Notes: generated by a model from the sequence alone, not told the origin. A DNA stretch of 64,000 nt from Gammaproteobacteria bacterium (GCA_035279405.1 DATEHU010000026.1:386147-450146), one strand, 5' to 3'; numbered from the stretch's first letter, positions 32,224 to 44,045 are shown. Numbers and translations: made by a program.

Positions 32224-34323
32224 TCACTTCCAGTTAGATAGCGCGAAGATCGCGATAGTGTCGCCGTAGGGATAGCTCATCTGAAAATTACCACCGGCCG
32301 CAACGGCAATATACTCCTTGCCAGCGACTTCATAAGCAATTGGAGGCGCATTGACACCAGCACCAAGGTTGAACCTCCACAACTTTTTGCCAGTCGTAGC
32401 ATCAAAGGCATCGAACCATCCTTGGCCTTCACCAGTGAACGCTAAGTTGCCGGCGGTCACCAGCGCACCACCCATCATTGGTTGTGGTAGGCGTTGATTC
32501 CAAACGATCTTGCCAGTATTGACGTCAATTGCAGTAAAAGTTCCATCCTGAAGTCCGCCCGGAACGTTCTTAAACGTGCTTCCAAGACGTATCATTCCCG
32601 GCATCGGCGGTGGCGAATCCTTGTCTGTGGTGAAGGTCATGAGTTGGTTCATACCGAGCACATAGACCATCCGGGTTAGTGGCGAGTAGGCTGGTGTTGA
32701 CCATTCAGAACCACCGTTGGCGCCCGGAAGCATCTGAACACCTTCGGTAGTTGGTTGCGCGAACATATTCTTCTGCTGATCGAACGGCTCCGACTTGCGA
32801 ATTAGCTTGCCGGTCTCGCGGTTGACAATGTAGAAAACCGCGGTCTTGCCCGCCTCGCCAGCGGCGGGTATAAGCTTGCCGTGGTCCATGGCATAGAAGA
32901 GTACAACCGGGCTCGCCGCGTCATAGTCCCATACGTCGTGGGGGACTTCCTGATAATACCAGGCCAGCTTACCTGTCTTGGCATGCAGCGCGACGATTGA
33001 ATCGGTGTACAGATTGTCGCCCAAGCGACCCGCACCGTTGAGATCCGGGTTAGGGTTACCGACGGAGAAAATTAACAGTTGGAGCTTCGGGTCAATAGCC
33101 GGCGTTGTCCAGATAGGGCCGCCACCATATTTCCACGAATCACCCGACCACGTAGAGGGGCTGTCGGTGCTGTGCCACTTCCATAGCTCCTTGCCGTTGC
33201 TTGCGTCGTATGCAGCGACGAAGCCAGCAATCGGCCATTCTCCACCGGAACTGCCGATGATGACCATGCCGTTGTAAAACGTTGGCGCCATAGTTTCGGA
33301 GTAGCCAGCCTGTGCGTTGGAGACTTCTGTGATCCAGTCTTGTTTGCCGGTCTTGGCATCGACTGCGACGAGATGGTCATCGATGGTTAGGAAAAAAACC
33401 GCACCGTTTCCAGCCGTCGCGCCCCGATTAACCGGACCACAACAGATCTGATTGAAGCCGTTGCTATACTCATATTTCCAGATAGTTTCACCGGTGACTG
33501 CGTTGAGCGCGATCAAGGCCTGTTTTTTGTCGACCATTGGAGTGGTCGCATACATTATCCCATTGACTACCAGCGGAGTGGTCTCGAAACTTGCGGTATA
33601 GCCAGTCTGCACGATCGCTACAGGCCTTAAATTCTCCACATTGTGTATGTTGATTTGGTTCAGCGGAGAAAATCGCTGGTTGTCATAGGTGCGGCCGCTT
33701 ACCAGCCAGTTGGACTTGTCTAAAACCGCGTTAGTCAGCATCGACTGCGAGACGTTGACGTCAACCATGACGCTGCTCTGAATCTCGATTTTTTGTCCAC
33801 CAGTTTCTGATCCGGATGCCTGAATTCCACTGACATGTGTCGGAGTCACCGCGGGCGCCCCACCCACCGCGGCGGTAGATACCATGGTGCCTACTCCTGG
33901 ATAGGGAAGCATCGAAATGCACGCCACGCTGTCGTAACTCAATATTTTGTCGCCACTCTTATAGCCATTGACATGCAGGATGTAGGCGAAAATCTTTGTG
34001 TATTCATTTGGCTTCAGACTCCCCGGAGCTTGGTACGGCATTTGCGATTTCATGAAAGTCAATAGCTGCTGCGCCGAGATCTTCGAGAAATTGAGGTACG
34101 ATTCGAAATCGTGCCCGTAGAGAGCAGGTCCAGAGTTTCCTTTCAGATCAGCGCTATGGCACATGGCACAGTTGGCCATGTAAAGATTCTTGCCTTCCAT
34201 TGCCTGCGCGGTTGTGTATGCGCCCTGACCTACAGGGCAACTCGCAGCACTGCCCATCATGGGAAGTGACAGGCCAATGAACGTGGGCAAAATGTAACGG
34301 AAAAGGCGGATAGTGTGGATCAT
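32224..34323 (-). CDS. PQQ-dependent quinohemoprotein dehydrogenase with N-terminal cytochrome c domain
   Basis: 699 aa. Signal peptide, then CAMCH heme-binding motif plus a downstream SQMPY Met ligand candidate, a Gly/Ala/Thr linker, then a PQQ beta-propeller (RTYDNQRFSPLNQIN, vicinal-Cys NQICCGPVNRG). GGAGA SD upstream. AT-richer than its flanks. Confidence 0.85.
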   Translation of the reverse strand: MIHTIRLFRYILPTFIGLSLPMMGSAASCPVGQGAYTTAQAMEGKNLYMANCAMCHSADLKGNSGPALYGHDFESYLNFSKISAQQLLTFMKSQMPYQAPGSLKPNEYTKIFAYILHVNGYKSGDKILSYDSVACISMLPYPGVGTMVSTAAVGGAPAVTPTHVSGIQASGSETGGQKIEIQSSVMVDVNVSQSMLTNAVLDKSNWLVSGRTYDNQRFSPLNQINIHNVENLRPVAIVQTGYTASFETTPLVVNGIMYATTPMVDKKQALIALNAVTGETIWKYEYSNGFNQICCGPVNRGATAGNGAVFFLTIDDHLVAVDAKTGKQDWITEVSNAQAGYSETMAPTFYNGMVIIGSSGGEWPIAGFVAAYDASNGKELWKWHSTDSPSTWSGDSWKYGGGPIWTTPAIDPKLQLLIFSVGNPNPDLNGAGRLGDNLYTDSIVALHAKTGKLAWYYQEVPHDVWDYDAASPVVLFYAMDHGKLIPAAGEAGKTAVFYIVNRETGKLIRKSEPFDQQKNMFAQPTTEGVQMLPGANGGSEWSTPAYSPLTRMVYVLGMNQLMTFTTDKDSPPPMPGMIRLGSTFKNVPGGLQDGTFTAIDVNTGKIVWNQRLPQPMMGGALVTAGNLAFTGEGQGWFDAFDATTGKKLWRFNLGAGVNAPPIAYEVAGKEYIAVAAGGNFQMSYPYGDTIAIFALSNWK

Positions 34324-34338
34324 GAGCTTTCTCCACTA

Positions 34339-34365
34339 TAAAAAAACCCAGAAGATTCTTCTGGT
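34339..34365 (-). terminator. rho-independent terminator downstream of the tnpA remnant, just upstream of the PQQ gene
   Basis: Minus strand: CCAGAAG-AAT-CTTCTGG followed by GTTTTTTTA. Confidence 0.5.
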
Positions 34366-34564
34366 CAGGTTTATCAGGACCGTGCAAGGGTCGCACGACC
34401 ATTCCAGAATGCAAGATCAGATCACGGCCAGGTAGCGCATCACGCCTAGAGTATAGCCGCTCTTAAATCTATAAGTGCGTTACTTTCCTGTCTGACACCT
34501 ATCATTGAGGCAAAATAAGTCTAGTTGACATAGATTCCCTCGGCTAAAACCGGGGTCCTTACCG

Positions 34565-34882
34565 TTACAGTTCCATTCGGAACTGACCTGAATCCTGACG
34601 GCCTTGGTGCTCGACATACCGATTGATTGTCATCTCGTCTATCCCTATGCTGCTGACGAAGTAGCCCGGCGACCACACGATGGTCACTTTCCAGTACACC
34701 TTCTTCAACCACCCAAATGTCTTCCTCACGTGTGACGACGATTGGCTTTTTAGCTGCCCCATTACGGCCGCAATGCTGTACCGAGGCGGTATGTCTATCA
34801 CCATGTGCAGGTGATTCTGGTCAAAGCCAATCATCTCAATCACCACGCCGGGCGTACTTCGCAGCAGCTTTAGCACGTTCAT
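34565..34882 (-). mobile_element. tnpA: IS200/IS605-family Y1 transposase TnpA, 5'-truncated remnant
   Basis: VVIEMIGFDQNHLHMVIDIPPRYSIAAVMGQLKSQSS (HUH motif) and WSPGYFVSSIG..INRYVEHQ (catalytic Tyr region). About 45 N-terminal residues (YHxVxxxKYRR region) are missing. The frame upstream hits a stop and shows no homology. Confidence 0.8.
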
Positions 34883-35395
34883 TGGTTTCGGCCTGCATCG
34901 CCGCTTCGCTCGGTTGGTGCGTCAAGTGCCCCGCCAAGACTGCGCGCGCTTCAGCCAAATCTGTCAGGACAGTAGGAGTGCCGGGATGGATCGGATGGAC
35001 GAGAGAGAAAATCCTCCCCGGCCCTCCTTTTCCAAAGGAGGGGGCGAAGCTCAGTGCCGCGGGCGACTCGCGGAGCGCCGATGGGGGAGCGTCCTGAGTC
35101 CAGGACAACCGCGCGAGCCCCTTTACAAGGCAGGCTGGCCTCTATCAACGGTACGGGATTGAGCGCTCCGCCGACGAATTCGGCGTCGGCGGCGCTGTGG
35201 GGGCGGCCACCCTGAAACGGACACCGCGACATTCCCGTCGGTGCGCTCGCCCCTCCCCGTATCAAATTTTAGGGCCACGCCCCGCGCTCCCCCGGTACGC
35301 ATGCCCGCCGCCGCCACGCCTCTGGAACAACTCCAAGCCCTGCGGCAGCAATTGATTCATCCACACTGAATACAACGGACCGGGGAAAAGAGGCT

Positions 35396-35425
35396 GAAAT
35401 TAAAAGAGGGCCTCGCGGCCCTCTC
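35396..35425 (-). terminator. pnp rho-independent terminator
   Basis: Minus strand: AGAGGGCC-GCGA-GGCCCTCT followed by TTTAATTT, about 25 nt after the pnp stop. Confidence 0.75.
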
Positions 35426-35449
35426 GTTATTTCCAATCACTAGCCTTAA

Positions 35450-37537
35450 TCAGGCCGCGTCTACGGCCTTCATGCTGAGGCGGATGCGGCCCTGCTTGTC
35501 CACTTCCAGCACCTTGACGTTGATGAGGTCGCCCTCATGCAGCTTGTCGCTCACGCGCTCGACGCGCTCCTCGGATATCTGTGAGATGTGCACCAGGCCG
35601 TCGCGCCCCGGCAAAATGGTGACGAACGCGCCGAAGTCCATGAGCTTGACGACCTTGCCGCGATACACGTGACCGACCTCGACATCGGCGGTGATTTCCT
35701 CGATGCGGTGCTTGGCTCTTTCGCCGGCGGCCTTGTCCACCGAGGCGATCTTCACCGTGCCGTCGTCCTCGATATCTATAGTGGTGCCGGTTTCTTCGGT
35801 TAGCGCACGGATCACCGCGCCGCCCTTGCCGATCACATCGCGGATCTTGTCCGGATGAATCTTGATGGTGATGATGCGCGGCGCGTATTCGGACAGCTCG
35901 GCACGCGGCTGGGCGATCACGGCATTCATCTTGCCGAGAATGTGCAGCCGGCCGTCGTGCGCCTGCGCGAGCGCCTGCTGCATGATCTCTTTGGTGATGC
36001 CGTCAATCTTGATGTCCATTTGCAGCGCCGTGATGCCCTCGCTGGTGCCGGCCACCTTGAAATCCATGTCGCCCAGATGATCTTCGTCGCCGAGGATATC
36101 GGTGAGCACGGCGAACTTTCCGCCTTCCTTGATGAGGCCCATGGCCACGCCGGCCACGGGCGCCTTGAGCGGCACGCCCGCGTCCATGAGCGACAGGCTG
36201 GTGCCGCAGACGCTCGCCATGGAACTCGAGCCGTTGGATTCGGTGATTTCCGAAACCACGCGGATCACGTACGGATAGGTCGCCATATCCGGCATCACCG
36301 CCTGGATGCCGCGCTTGGCGAGGCGGCCGTGGCCGATCTCGCGGCGCTTGGGTGAGCCCATCATCCCGACTTCACCGACCGAATACGGCGGGAAGTTGTA
36401 GTGCAGCATGAAGGGTTGCTTGTACTCGCCCTCGATGGCGTCAATGATCTGCGCATCGCGACCGGTGCCGAGCGTGGTCACCACCAGCGCCTGGGTTTCG
36501 CCGCGGGTGAACAATGCGGAACCGTGGGTGCGCGGCAGCACACCTACTTTTACCGTGATGGGGCGCACGGTCTTGGTGTCGCGACCGTCTATGCGTGGCT
36601 GGCCTTCGAGGATGCGGCCGCGCACGATTTTCTTTTCCAGGTCCATGAACGCGTTGCCTACGAGATTCTGCGTCCATCGCGGCGCATCGCCGGCGGCAAA
36701 TTTCGCCAGCGCGGCGTCGCGGATCTCCTCGATACGTGCGTAGCGGGTCTGCTTTTCGGCGATCTGGTAGGCCGCGCGCAGGGGCTTCTCGGCTTCGGCG
36801 GCCAGCGCCTCGGCCAAACCCTTGTCCTTCTCGGCCGGTTTCCAGTCCCAGGCGGGTTTACCGGCTTCCTTGGCGAGTTCCCGGATGACTTTGATGGCCG
36901 CCTGCAACTGTTCGTGGCCGAACATCACCGCGCCCAGCATCACGTCCTCGGGCAGGCATTCCGCTTCCGATTCCACCATGAGCACGGCCTTGTCGGTGCC
37001 GGCGACCACCAAATCCAGATCCGAACTGAGCAACTGGGTTTTGGTGGGATTCAACAGATATTGGCCGTTCTGGTAACCGACGCGCGCGGCCCCGATCGGT
37101 CCCATGAACGGCAGGCCGGAAATCGCGAGCGCCGCCGACGCTCCCAACAGCGCCGGCACGTCCGGGTCCACTTCCGGGTTCACGGACATCACCGTGGCGA
37201 CGACCTGGACTTCGTTGTAAAAGCTCTTGGGAAACAATGGACGGAGGGGGCGATCGATGAGGCGGGAGGTGAGCGTTTCTTTCTCACTGGGTCGGCCTTC
37301 GCGCTTGAAGAACCCGCCCGGGATTTTGCCGGCGGCGTAGGTCTTCTCCTGGTAATTGACCGTGAGTGGAAAGAAGTCCCGGCCTTCAACCGCGGATTTC
37401 GAACCCACCGCGGTCACCAGCACCACGCTATCCGCCATGGTCACGAGTACCGCTCCGTCCGCCTGGCGGGCGATCTCGCCCGTCTCCAGCGTCACGGTGT
37501 GGGCGCCGAACTGAAAGCTCTTTTTGATGACTGTCAC
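35450..37537 (-). CDS. pnp: polyribonucleotide nucleotidyltransferase (PNPase)
   Basis: 695 aa with two RNase PH domains, a KH domain ([15 protein letters not shown]) and an S1 domain ([19 protein letters not shown]). Confidence 0.97.
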   Translation of the reverse strand: MTVIKKSFQFGAHTVTLETGEIARQADGAVLVTMADSVVLVTAVGSKSAVEGRDFFPLTVNYQEKTYAAGKIPGGFFKREGRPSEKETLTSRLIDRPLRPLFPKSFYNEVQVVATVMSVNPEVDPDVPALLGASAALAISGLPFMGPIGAARVGYQNGQYLLNPTKTQLLSSDLDLVVAGTDKAVLMVESEAECLPEDVMLGAVMFGHEQLQAAIKVIRELAKEAGKPAWDWKPAEKDKGLAEALAAEAEKPLRAAYQIAEKQTRYARIEEIRDAALAKFAAGDAPRWTQNLVGNAFMDLEKKIVRGRILEGQPRIDGRDTKTVRPITVKVGVLPRTHGSALFTRGETQALVVTTLGTGRDAQIIDAIEGEYKQPFMLHYNFPPYSVGEVGMMGSPKRREIGHGRLAKRGIQAVMPDMATYPYVIRVVSEITESNGSSSMASVCGTSLSLMDAGVPLKAPVAGVAMGLIKEGGKFAVLTDILGDEDHLGDMDFKVAGTSEGITALQMDIKIDGITKEIMQQALAQAHDGRLHILGKMNAVIAQPRAELSEYAPRIITIKIHPDKIRDVIGKGGAVIRALTEETGTTIDIEDDGTVKIASVDKAAGERAKHRIEEITADVEVGHVYRGKVVKLMDFGAFVTILPGRDGLVHISQISEERVERVSDKLHEGDLINVKVLEVDKQGRIRLSMKAVDAA

Positions 37538-37597
37538 GTTGAACCCTTCATAAGCTGCGTTGTTGCGCGCGGCAACAGGAACGGGGAAAACCGAAAC

Positions 37598-37867
37598 TCA
37601 GCGGCGCAGGCCGAGACGCTCGATCAGAGTCTCGTAGCGCGCCTGGTCGCAGTGCCGGAGATAATCCAGCAGCTTGCGGCGCTGGTTCAGCATCTTGAGC
37701 AATCCGCGGCGGGAATGAAAATCCTGCTTGTGCTGGTCGAAATGCGGGCCCAGGCCGTCAATGCGGGCGGACAGCAATGCCACCTGTACTTCGGGTGAGC
37801 CGGTATCCGTGGGATCGCGCCGGTAGGCGGCGATGATTTCCTGCTTTTTTTCAGCGGTAAACGTCAT
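37598..37867 (-). CDS. rpsO: 30S ribosomal protein S15
   Basis: [15 protein letters not shown]...[29 protein letters not shown]. 89 aa from M3 of the listed ORF. Confidence 0.95.
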   Translation of the reverse strand: MTFTAEKKQEIIAAYRRDPTDTGSPEVQVALLSARIDGLGPHFDQHKQDFHSRRGLLKMLNQRRKLLDYLRHCDQARYETLIERLGLRR

Positions 37868-37975
37868 AAACACTCAACTCCAACGATTTTCACCTTGATT
37901 TCAGGCGCGTATTGTAGCCGCCCGCCCGGGTACGAACAAGCAAAAATCCAATGAAATCAGCGACCCGCCCGGACT

Positions 37976-38932
37976 TCAGGCGATGTTCAGCAAGCGCCGC
38001 GGAGCGATGCGCCCGTCGTCGAGCACTTCACCTACGCCCAAAAACCTGTCGGGTACATACACGCGTACCCGGCCGTGCGCGGGAGCACCCGGCGCGGTCA
38101 CCGCGTGACCACGCGTGAAATACCAGGTGGCATCTGTGCCCAAGCTGACTACGGGCCAATGACCAATCGCGGAGTCCGCGGGCAGCAGCAGCGCATCGAG
38201 TGCCACATCCGCGCTGGGGTGCTGTTGCAGCGCCTCGAGCGTATGCATCGGGAACGTACTGCCATACGGTCCGAGTGCCAGCCTGCGCAGCGCGCTTACA
38301 TGACCGCAACTGCCCAGGCCCTGCGCAATGTCCTCCACCAGAGTGCGGATGTAAGTGCCTTTGGAGCAGCGTACCGCCAGCGTCAGAGAGGCCGCATCCC
38401 GGGACTTCAAGGCAAGCGCATGGATGGTCACGCGACGCGGTGCGCGCACGACTTCGACGCCGTCGCGCGCCAGATCGTAGAGCCGCTGGCCCTGGTGCTT
38501 GAGCGCGGAGTACATGGGCGGGACCTGGTCAATCTCGCCACGGAATTTCCCGAGTGTGGCTTCAATGTCGGCACGCGTCAGCGTGGGAACTGCGCACTGC
38601 TCGGTCACCACACCTTCCGCATCGCCGGTGGCGGTGCGCAGGCCCAGCCGGCCGGTGACCAGATATTCCTTGTCCGCACCCAGCAGGAAAGCCGACAGTT
38701 TGGTGGCTTCGCCAAAACAGATCGGCAGCAGGCCGCTCGCGAGGGGGTCGAGGCTGCCGGTGTGCCCCGCCTTGCGTGCATTGAACAAGCGCTTTACGGC
38801 CTGCAGCGCCTGATTGGAAGTCATGCGCACCGGCTTGTCGAGCAGCAGGATGCCGTGCACGGCGCGTCGCGCCGTCTTGTGCCCGGCCGGCGCGGCGCCG
38901 CGTGCCGGGTGCGCAACCGTTGCCGGCATCAT
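37976..38932 (-). CDS. truB: tRNA pseudouridine(55) synthase
   Basis: [15 protein letters not shown] and [23 protein letters not shown] (catalytic Asp). Overlaps the rbfA stop. Confidence 0.93.
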   Translation of the reverse strand: MMPATVAHPARGAAPAGHKTARRAVHGILLLDKPVRMTSNQALQAVKRLFNARKAGHTGSLDPLASGLLPICFGEATKLSAFLLGADKEYLVTGRLGLRTATGDAEGVVTEQCAVPTLTRADIEATLGKFRGEIDQVPPMYSALKHQGQRLYDLARDGVEVVRAPRRVTIHALALKSRDAASLTLAVRCSKGTYIRTLVEDIAQGLGSCGHVSALRRLALGPYGSTFPMHTLEALQQHPSADVALDALLLPADSAIGHWPVVSLGTDATWYFTRGHAVTAPGAPAHGRVRVYVPDRFLGVGEVLDDGRIAPRRLLNIA

Positions 38933-39303
38933 TTGGGTTTGCCGGTGCCGGGAGCGGGCGCATTCGCGCGCGCAATCAGCGCTTCGAGGCGCGCGGAACG
39001 ATCCAGGCTTTCATCGTAGCTGAAACGCAGCTCGGGAATGGCGCGCAACCTCACGCGCTGGCCAAGCGCGTGACGCAGAAAACCCGCAGCATGATTCAGT
39101 GCCTGCACGACTTCGGCCTGCGGACCTTCGGCGCCCAAGACCGAAACCAGCACCTTGGCGTGCGCCAGGTCCGGCGACACATCCACCTCGGTCACGGTCA
39201 CGTGCTGCACGCGCGGATCCTTGACCTCGCGCCGGATCAGTTCGGCCAGCTCGTGCTGCAGGAGCTCACCAATACGCAGTTTGCGTGGATAGGCGTGCGG
39301 CAT
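38929..39303 (-). CDS. rbfA: ribosome-binding factor A
   Basis: 124 aa with [40 protein letters not shown]. Confidence 0.9.
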   Translation of the reverse strand: MPHAYPRKLRIGELLQHELAELIRREVKDPRVQHVTVTEVDVSPDLAHAKVLVSVLGAEGPQAEVVQALNHAAGFLRHALGQRVRLRAIPELRFSYDESLDRSARLEALIARANAPAPGTGKPK

Positions 39304-39318
39304 GCGATGCAGCCGGGA

Positions 39319-41823
39319 TTAACCCGGAACGGTACGCGCCACTTCGACGCGTTCGTAGCACTCGATCTGGTCGCCGGGCTTCACGTCGTTGTAGTCCTTG
39401 ACGCCGATGCCGCATTCGGTGCCGGCGCGCACTTCACCGACATCGTCCTTGAAACGCCGTAGCGACTCCAGCTGTCCCTCGAAGATCACCACGTTGTCGC
39501 GCAGCACACGGATCGGCAAATTGCGTTTGACGTAGCCGTCCACCACCAGGCAGCCGGCAATGGCGCCGAGCTTGGAGGAACGGAACACCTCGCGCACTTC
39601 CGCCAGGCCCACGATCTGCTCGCGCAGCTCGGGTTTGAGCATCCCCCCGAGCGCCTGCCTCACGTCATCGATGGCCTGATAGATGATGCTGTAATAGCGC
39701 ACATCCAGCCCGGACTCGCTGATCAGCCGGCGCGCACCGGCGTCCGCGCGCGCGTTAAATCCGATTATTACCGCCTTGGAGGCCAGCGCCAGGTTCACGT
39801 CGGATTCCGTGATGCCGCCCACGCTGCTGCCGATGACCTTGACCTTGACTTCATCGGTGGACAGTGCGCCCAACGCATCACGCAGCGCCTCGGCGCTACC
39901 CTGCACGTCGGATTTGATCAGCAGGTTGAGGCCCTTCTGCTCGCCTTCCTGCATCTGCTGGAAGGCATCGTCGAGTTTGGTGGTCTGGCGCGCCAGTTTG
40001 ACGTCGCGCAGCTTGCTCTGGCGGTAGAGCGCCACTTCGCGCGCCCTGCGCTCGTCCGCGACCACGACCGCGTCGTCGCCGGCATTCGGGGTGCCGGACA
40101 AACCCAGCACCAATGCCGGCGTGGCCGGGCCGGCTTCCTGCAGCTGCTTGCCGTCCTCGTCGAACATGGCACGCACGCGGCCGAACTCCTGACCGGTGAG
40201 CAGGATGTCGCCCGGCTTCAACAGCCCGCGCTGCACCAGTACCGTGGCCACCGGGCCGCGGCCCTTCTCGAGGCTGGACTCCAGCACGAAACCGGAAGCC
40301 GGACCGCTGGCCACGGACTTGAGTTCCAGCACTTCGGCCTGCACCAGGATGGAATCCAGAAGCTTGTCTACACCCTCGCCGGTCTTGGAGGAAACGCCCA
40401 CAAAAATGTTCTCGCCACCCCATTCCTCGGAAATGATCTCGTGCTTGGCAAGGTCGCTGCGCACGCGTTCCAGGTCGGCTTCGGGCTTGTCGATCTTGGT
40501 GATCGCCACCACGATGGGCGCCTTGGCGGCACGTGCGTGCTCGATGGCCTCGACGGTCTGCGGCATGACGCCGTCATCCGCCGCCACCACCAGTACCACG
40601 ATGTCGGCCACGTTGGCGCCGCGCGCGCGCATGGCCGTGAACGCCGCGTGTCCGGGCGTGTCCAAGAAGGTAATTACGCCCTTCTTGGTTTCCACGCGGT
40701 AGGCGCCGATGTGCTGGGTGATGCCGCCGGCTTCGCCTGCCGCGACGCGCGTGCTGCGGATGTAATCCAGCAGCGAGGTCTTGCCGTGATCCACGTGACC
40801 GACGATGGTGACCACCGGCGGACGGGTGATCTCGTCACCCTCGGACACCACTTGCACGACCTGGTCTTCCAGATCGCTATCCTTGAGCAGCCTGGCCTTG
40901 TGGCCCATCTCGTCCACGACGATGGCCGCGGTTTCCTGGTCAATCACCTGATTGATGGTGGCCATGGAGCCCATCTTCATCATTACTTTGATGACTTCGG
41001 TGGCCTTGACCGCCATGCGCTGCGCCAGCTCTCCCACGCTGATGGTTTCGGGTATCGGCACTTCCCGCACCTGCGGCGCCACCGGCTTCTCGAAGCCATG
41101 CTTGGTCTCGACCTGCACGTTCACCGCGGCCCTGGCCTTGGCGGGCCGCTTCTTGCGCCGCGTGGACAGCTCGTGGCCGACGTGCAGTTCGGCACGCCCG
41201 TACTTGGTGTGCTTGTCATCCGCCGCAGCCGGTTTGCTGTGCGGTGTGGCGGCGCGCATGCGCCGGTCTTCCTCTTCGGCCTCACGCCGTGCTTCGGCTT
41301 CGGCCTTGCGGCGCTCGGCATCGGCACGCGCGGCGGCATCCGCTTCCTGCTTGCGCAACGTTTCTTCAGCCTCTTTCTTGTGGCGCTCCTCTTGCTCAGC
41401 CGCAAGTTTTTGCGTGCGCACCGCCGACAAGCGCGCCTCTTCCGCGCGCTGACGGTCCAGCTCGGCCTGCTGCACGGCTTCTTCCTCAGCCCGGCGCTTG
41501 GTTTCTTCCTCGATCACCGCGCTGCGCTTGACGTAGGTACGCTTCTTGCGCACCTCCACGCTCACGGTCTTGGCGCGGCCTTGTGCCCCGCTCAGCCTGA
41601 TCTCGGACACGCTGCGCCGCTTGAGAGTGATCCGGCGCGGCTCGCCGCCGGCGCCCTCGCCATGACTGTGTCGCAGATGCGTCAGCAGCTGCAGTTTCTG
41701 GTCGTCGCTGATGGCGATATCAGCATCGGCAATCGGAATACCGGCCTCGGCGAGTTGCGTGAGCAGGCGCTCCACCGGCGTGCCCACCACTTCCGCAAAT
41801 TGTCTGACTGTGACTTCCGCCAT
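39319..41823 (-). CDS. infB: translation initiation factor IF-2
   Basis: 834 aa with G-domain motifs [17 protein letters not shown] and TKIDK, and a charged N-terminal region. Confidence 0.97.
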   Translation of the reverse strand: MAEVTVRQFAEVVGTPVERLLTQLAEAGIPIADADIAISDDQKLQLLTHLRHSHGEGAGGEPRRITLKRRSVSEIRLSGAQGRAKTVSVEVRKKRTYVKRSAVIEEETKRRAEEEAVQQAELDRQRAEEARLSAVRTQKLAAEQEERHKKEAEETLRKQEADAAARADAERRKAEAEARREAEEEDRRMRAATPHSKPAAADDKHTKYGRAELHVGHELSTRRKKRPAKARAAVNVQVETKHGFEKPVAPQVREVPIPETISVGELAQRMAVKATEVIKVMMKMGSMATINQVIDQETAAIVVDEMGHKARLLKDSDLEDQVVQVVSEGDEITRPPVVTIVGHVDHGKTSLLDYIRSTRVAAGEAGGITQHIGAYRVETKKGVITFLDTPGHAAFTAMRARGANVADIVVLVVAADDGVMPQTVEAIEHARAAKAPIVVAITKIDKPEADLERVRSDLAKHEIISEEWGGENIFVGVSSKTGEGVDKLLDSILVQAEVLELKSVASGPASGFVLESSLEKGRGPVATVLVQRGLLKPGDILLTGQEFGRVRAMFDEDGKQLQEAGPATPALVLGLSGTPNAGDDAVVVADERRAREVALYRQSKLRDVKLARQTTKLDDAFQQMQEGEQKGLNLLIKSDVQGSAEALRDALGALSTDEVKVKVIGSSVGGITESDVNLALASKAVIIGFNARADAGARRLISESGLDVRYYSIIYQAIDDVRQALGGMLKPELREQIVGLAEVREVFRSSKLGAIAGCLVVDGYVKRNLPIRVLRDNVVIFEGQLESLRRFKDDVGEVRAGTECGIGVKDYNDVKPGDQIECYERVEVARTVPG

Positions 41824-41841
41824 GGCGTGTTCCTCGCAGGA

Positions 41842-43347
41842 TTACTTTGCTTGCGTCTCTGCGGCGGCAAACCAGGGCGCGCGCGCCGCGAGAATGAGTT
41901 CCGCGGCCTTGGTCTCGTCCAGGCCCTCGATGTCCTTGATGTCGTCCACGGCCTGCTCGGCCAGGTTTTCCTGGGTGACGATGCCACGGCCTGCCAGGCG
42001 GAAGGCCAGAGCGCGATCCATGCCGGTGAGGTTCAGCAGATCCTCCGCTGGTTCGGCTTCGCCCAGCTGCTCTTCGCTGGCGATCGCCTGGGTGAGCAGC
42101 ACGTCGCGGGCACGGCCGCGCAGTTCTTCCACCATGGATTCGTCAAACTCCTCCACCGACTGGAGCTCGGAAGCCGGCACATAGGCGATTTCCTCGATGC
42201 TCGAGAAGCCTTCCTGCACCAGGATCGCGGCCATGTCCTCGTCCACGTCCAGCTGCTCCATGAACAGTTTCTGCAGCGTCTGCACCTCGGCCTCGCTCTT
42301 CTGCGTGGCCTGCTCCTGCGTCATGACGTTCAGTTCCCAACCGCTCAACTGGGTGGCGAGGCGCACGTTCTGGCCGCCGCGGCCGATGGCCTTGGCAAGA
42401 TTGTCCTCGTTCACCGCGATGTCCATGCTGTGGGATTCCTCGTCCATGACGATGGCCTGGACTTCGGCCGGCGACATGGCGTTGATCACGAACTGCGCGG
42501 GATTGTCGTTCCAGGGAACGATGTCCACGCGCTCGCCAGAAAGTTCATTGGACACCGCCTGCACGCGCGAGCCGCGCATGCCCACGCAGGCGCCCACCGG
42601 ATCGATGCGCGAATCGTTGCTCTTGACCGCCACCTTGGCGCGCACGCCGGGATCGCGGGCCGCGCCCTTGATCTCGATCAGCCCCTGCCCGACTTCCGGC
42701 ACTTCCAGTTTGAACAGCTCGATGAGGAATTGCGGTGAGGTGCGCGTCACGAACAGCTGCGGGCCGCGCGGCTCGGGACGCACTTCGCGCAGATAGCCGC
42801 GGATGCGGTCGTTGGTGCGCACCGCCTCGCGCGGGATCATTTCCTCGCGCGCAATAAAGGCCTCGGCGTTGTTGCCGAGATCAATGTAAACGTTGCCGCG
42901 TTCCACGCGTTTGACCACGCCGGTCACCAGTTCGCCCACGCGGTCCTTGTAGGCTTCGACCACCTGCGCACGTTCGGCCTCGCGCACCTTCTGCACGATG
43001 ACCTGCTTGGCGGTCTGCGCCGCGATGCGGCCGAACACCACCGATTCCATGGGTTCCTCGATGTACTCCCCCAACTGGATGTCGGGCTTGATGTCCACGG
43101 CATCCATGAGCCGCAGCTCGCGCTCGGGCGATTCCAGCGGTTCCTCGTCGGCGCGCACCAGCCAGCGGCGAAAGGTCTCGTAATCGCCGGTTTCGCGGTT
43201 GATGGCCACGCGCGCGTCAATCTCGCCGCCGTGCTTCTTGCGCGTGGCCGAAGCCAGCGCCGCCTCCAGCGCCTCGAAAATGATTTCCTTGGCAACGCCT
43301 TTCTCGTTGGAAACCGCGTCCACCACCAGCAATATCTCTTTGTTCAT
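41842..43347 (-). CDS. nusA: transcription termination/antitermination factor NusA
   Basis: Start trimmed to [18 protein letters not shown] (M11). S1 domain, two KH domains and C-terminal acidic repeats. Confidence 0.95.
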   Translation of the reverse strand: MNKEILLVVDAVSNEKGVAKEIIFEALEAALASATRKKHGGEIDARVAINRETGDYETFRRWLVRADEEPLESPERELRLMDAVDIKPDIQLGEYIEEPMESVVFGRIAAQTAKQVIVQKVREAERAQVVEAYKDRVGELVTGVVKRVERGNVYIDLGNNAEAFIAREEMIPREAVRTNDRIRGYLREVRPEPRGPQLFVTRTSPQFLIELFKLEVPEVGQGLIEIKGAARDPGVRAKVAVKSNDSRIDPVGACVGMRGSRVQAVSNELSGERVDIVPWNDNPAQFVINAMSPAEVQAIVMDEESHSMDIAVNEDNLAKAIGRGGQNVRLATQLSGWELNVMTQEQATQKSEAEVQTLQKLFMEQLDVDEDMAAILVQEGFSSIEEIAYVPASELQSVEEFDESMVEELRGRARDVLLTQAIASEEQLGEAEPAEDLLNLTGMDRALAFRLAGRGIVTQENLAEQAVDDIKDIEGLDETKAAELILAARAPWFAAAETQAK

Positions 43348-43373
43348 GTGCTCACATCCACAACTGTTGTGAT

Positions 43374-43808
43374 TCAAAACTCCGGCGCCAGCCGCGCCTT
43401 GGCAATCTGCGCGAACGGCAAACGGAACATGGCGCCATCCACCTCGATCAACACCTCGGCGTTTTCCAGCCCGCGCAGCGTGCCGGAGAAACGCCGGCGG
43501 CCGTTGAGCGGCAAGTTCAGCTCGATACGCGCGCGCTTGCCGGACTGCGCGCTGAAGTCCTCAGGCTTGCGCAGCGGCCGATCCAGGCCCGGCGACGAGA
43601 CTTCCAGGGTATAGGCCCCGGGAATCGGGTCCGCCACGTCCAGCACCGCGCTGATCTGGCGGCTGACCTTCTCGCAGTCGTCCAGCGTCACGCCCTGCGG
43701 CTGGTCTATGTAAAGCCGCAGCAGCTTGCCTTGGAACTCCAATTCCACGAGCTCGTAGCCCAGACCATTCAAGGCCGGCTCGATGATCCTCAGCAGCGTT
43801 TCGCGCAT
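43374..43808 (-). CDS. rimP: ribosome maturation factor RimP
   Basis: Start trimmed to [25 protein letters not shown] (M42 of the listed ORF). [14 protein letters not shown] motif. Confidence 0.85.
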   Translation of the reverse strand: MRETLLRIIEPALNGLGYELVELEFQGKLLRLYIDQPQGVTLDDCEKVSRQISAVLDVADPIPGAYTLEVSSPGLDRPLRKPEDFSAQSGKRARIELNLPLNGRRRFSGTLRGLENAEVLIEVDGAMFRLPFAQIAKARLAPEF

Positions 43809-43819
43809 ACACCGCCACA

Positions 43820-43846
43820 AACAAAAAATGGGCCCAAGGCCCATTC
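43820..43846 (-). terminator. stem-loop terminator/attenuator between the initiator tRNA and rimP
   Basis: Minus strand: AATGGGCC-TTG-GGCCCATT followed by TTTTTGTTTG. It ends about 12 nt before the rimP ATG. Confidence 0.55.
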
Positions 43847-43968
43847 CACACGCCCCGCGGAACGGCGAGGCCCAAAAACGTCGCCCCGCAACCCAGGGCC
43901 CTTTCCCGCGCGGGCGGTCGCCAGCGGGCATTAAAAAGCCCCTGTGCGGGGCCCTGTCTCCAAGATCT

Positions 43969-44045
43969 TGGTAGCGGGGGCAGGATTTGAACCTGCGACC
44001 TTCGGGTTATGAGCCCGACGAGCTGCCAGACTGCTCCACCCCGCA
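43969..44045 (-). tRNA. metY: initiator tRNA-fMet (CAU)
   Basis: Manual cloverleaf: TGCGGGG-TG-GAGC-AGTCTGGCA-GCTC-G-TCGGG-CTCATAA-CCCGA-AGGTC-GCAGG-TTCAAAT-CCTGC-CCCCGCT-ACCA. Three G:C pairs close the anticodon stem, A11:U24 is present, and positions 1:72 are unpaired. It lies upstream of rimP-nusA-infB, as E. coli metY does. Confidence 0.9.

Noticed and set aside
34836-35317. ORFs 34836..35108, 34951..35265 and 35123..35317 (minus) and 34717..35162 (plus) in the hairpin-rich block
   Set aside because: Mutually overlapping, no start context, Arg/Pro/Gly/Ala-rich translations, no motifs. The block is treated as non-coding (see finding).
40441-42738. 765-aa plus-strand ORF
   Set aside because: Antisense to infB and nusA. 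Low-complexity His/Arg/Leu/Gly-rich product with no domain signatures.
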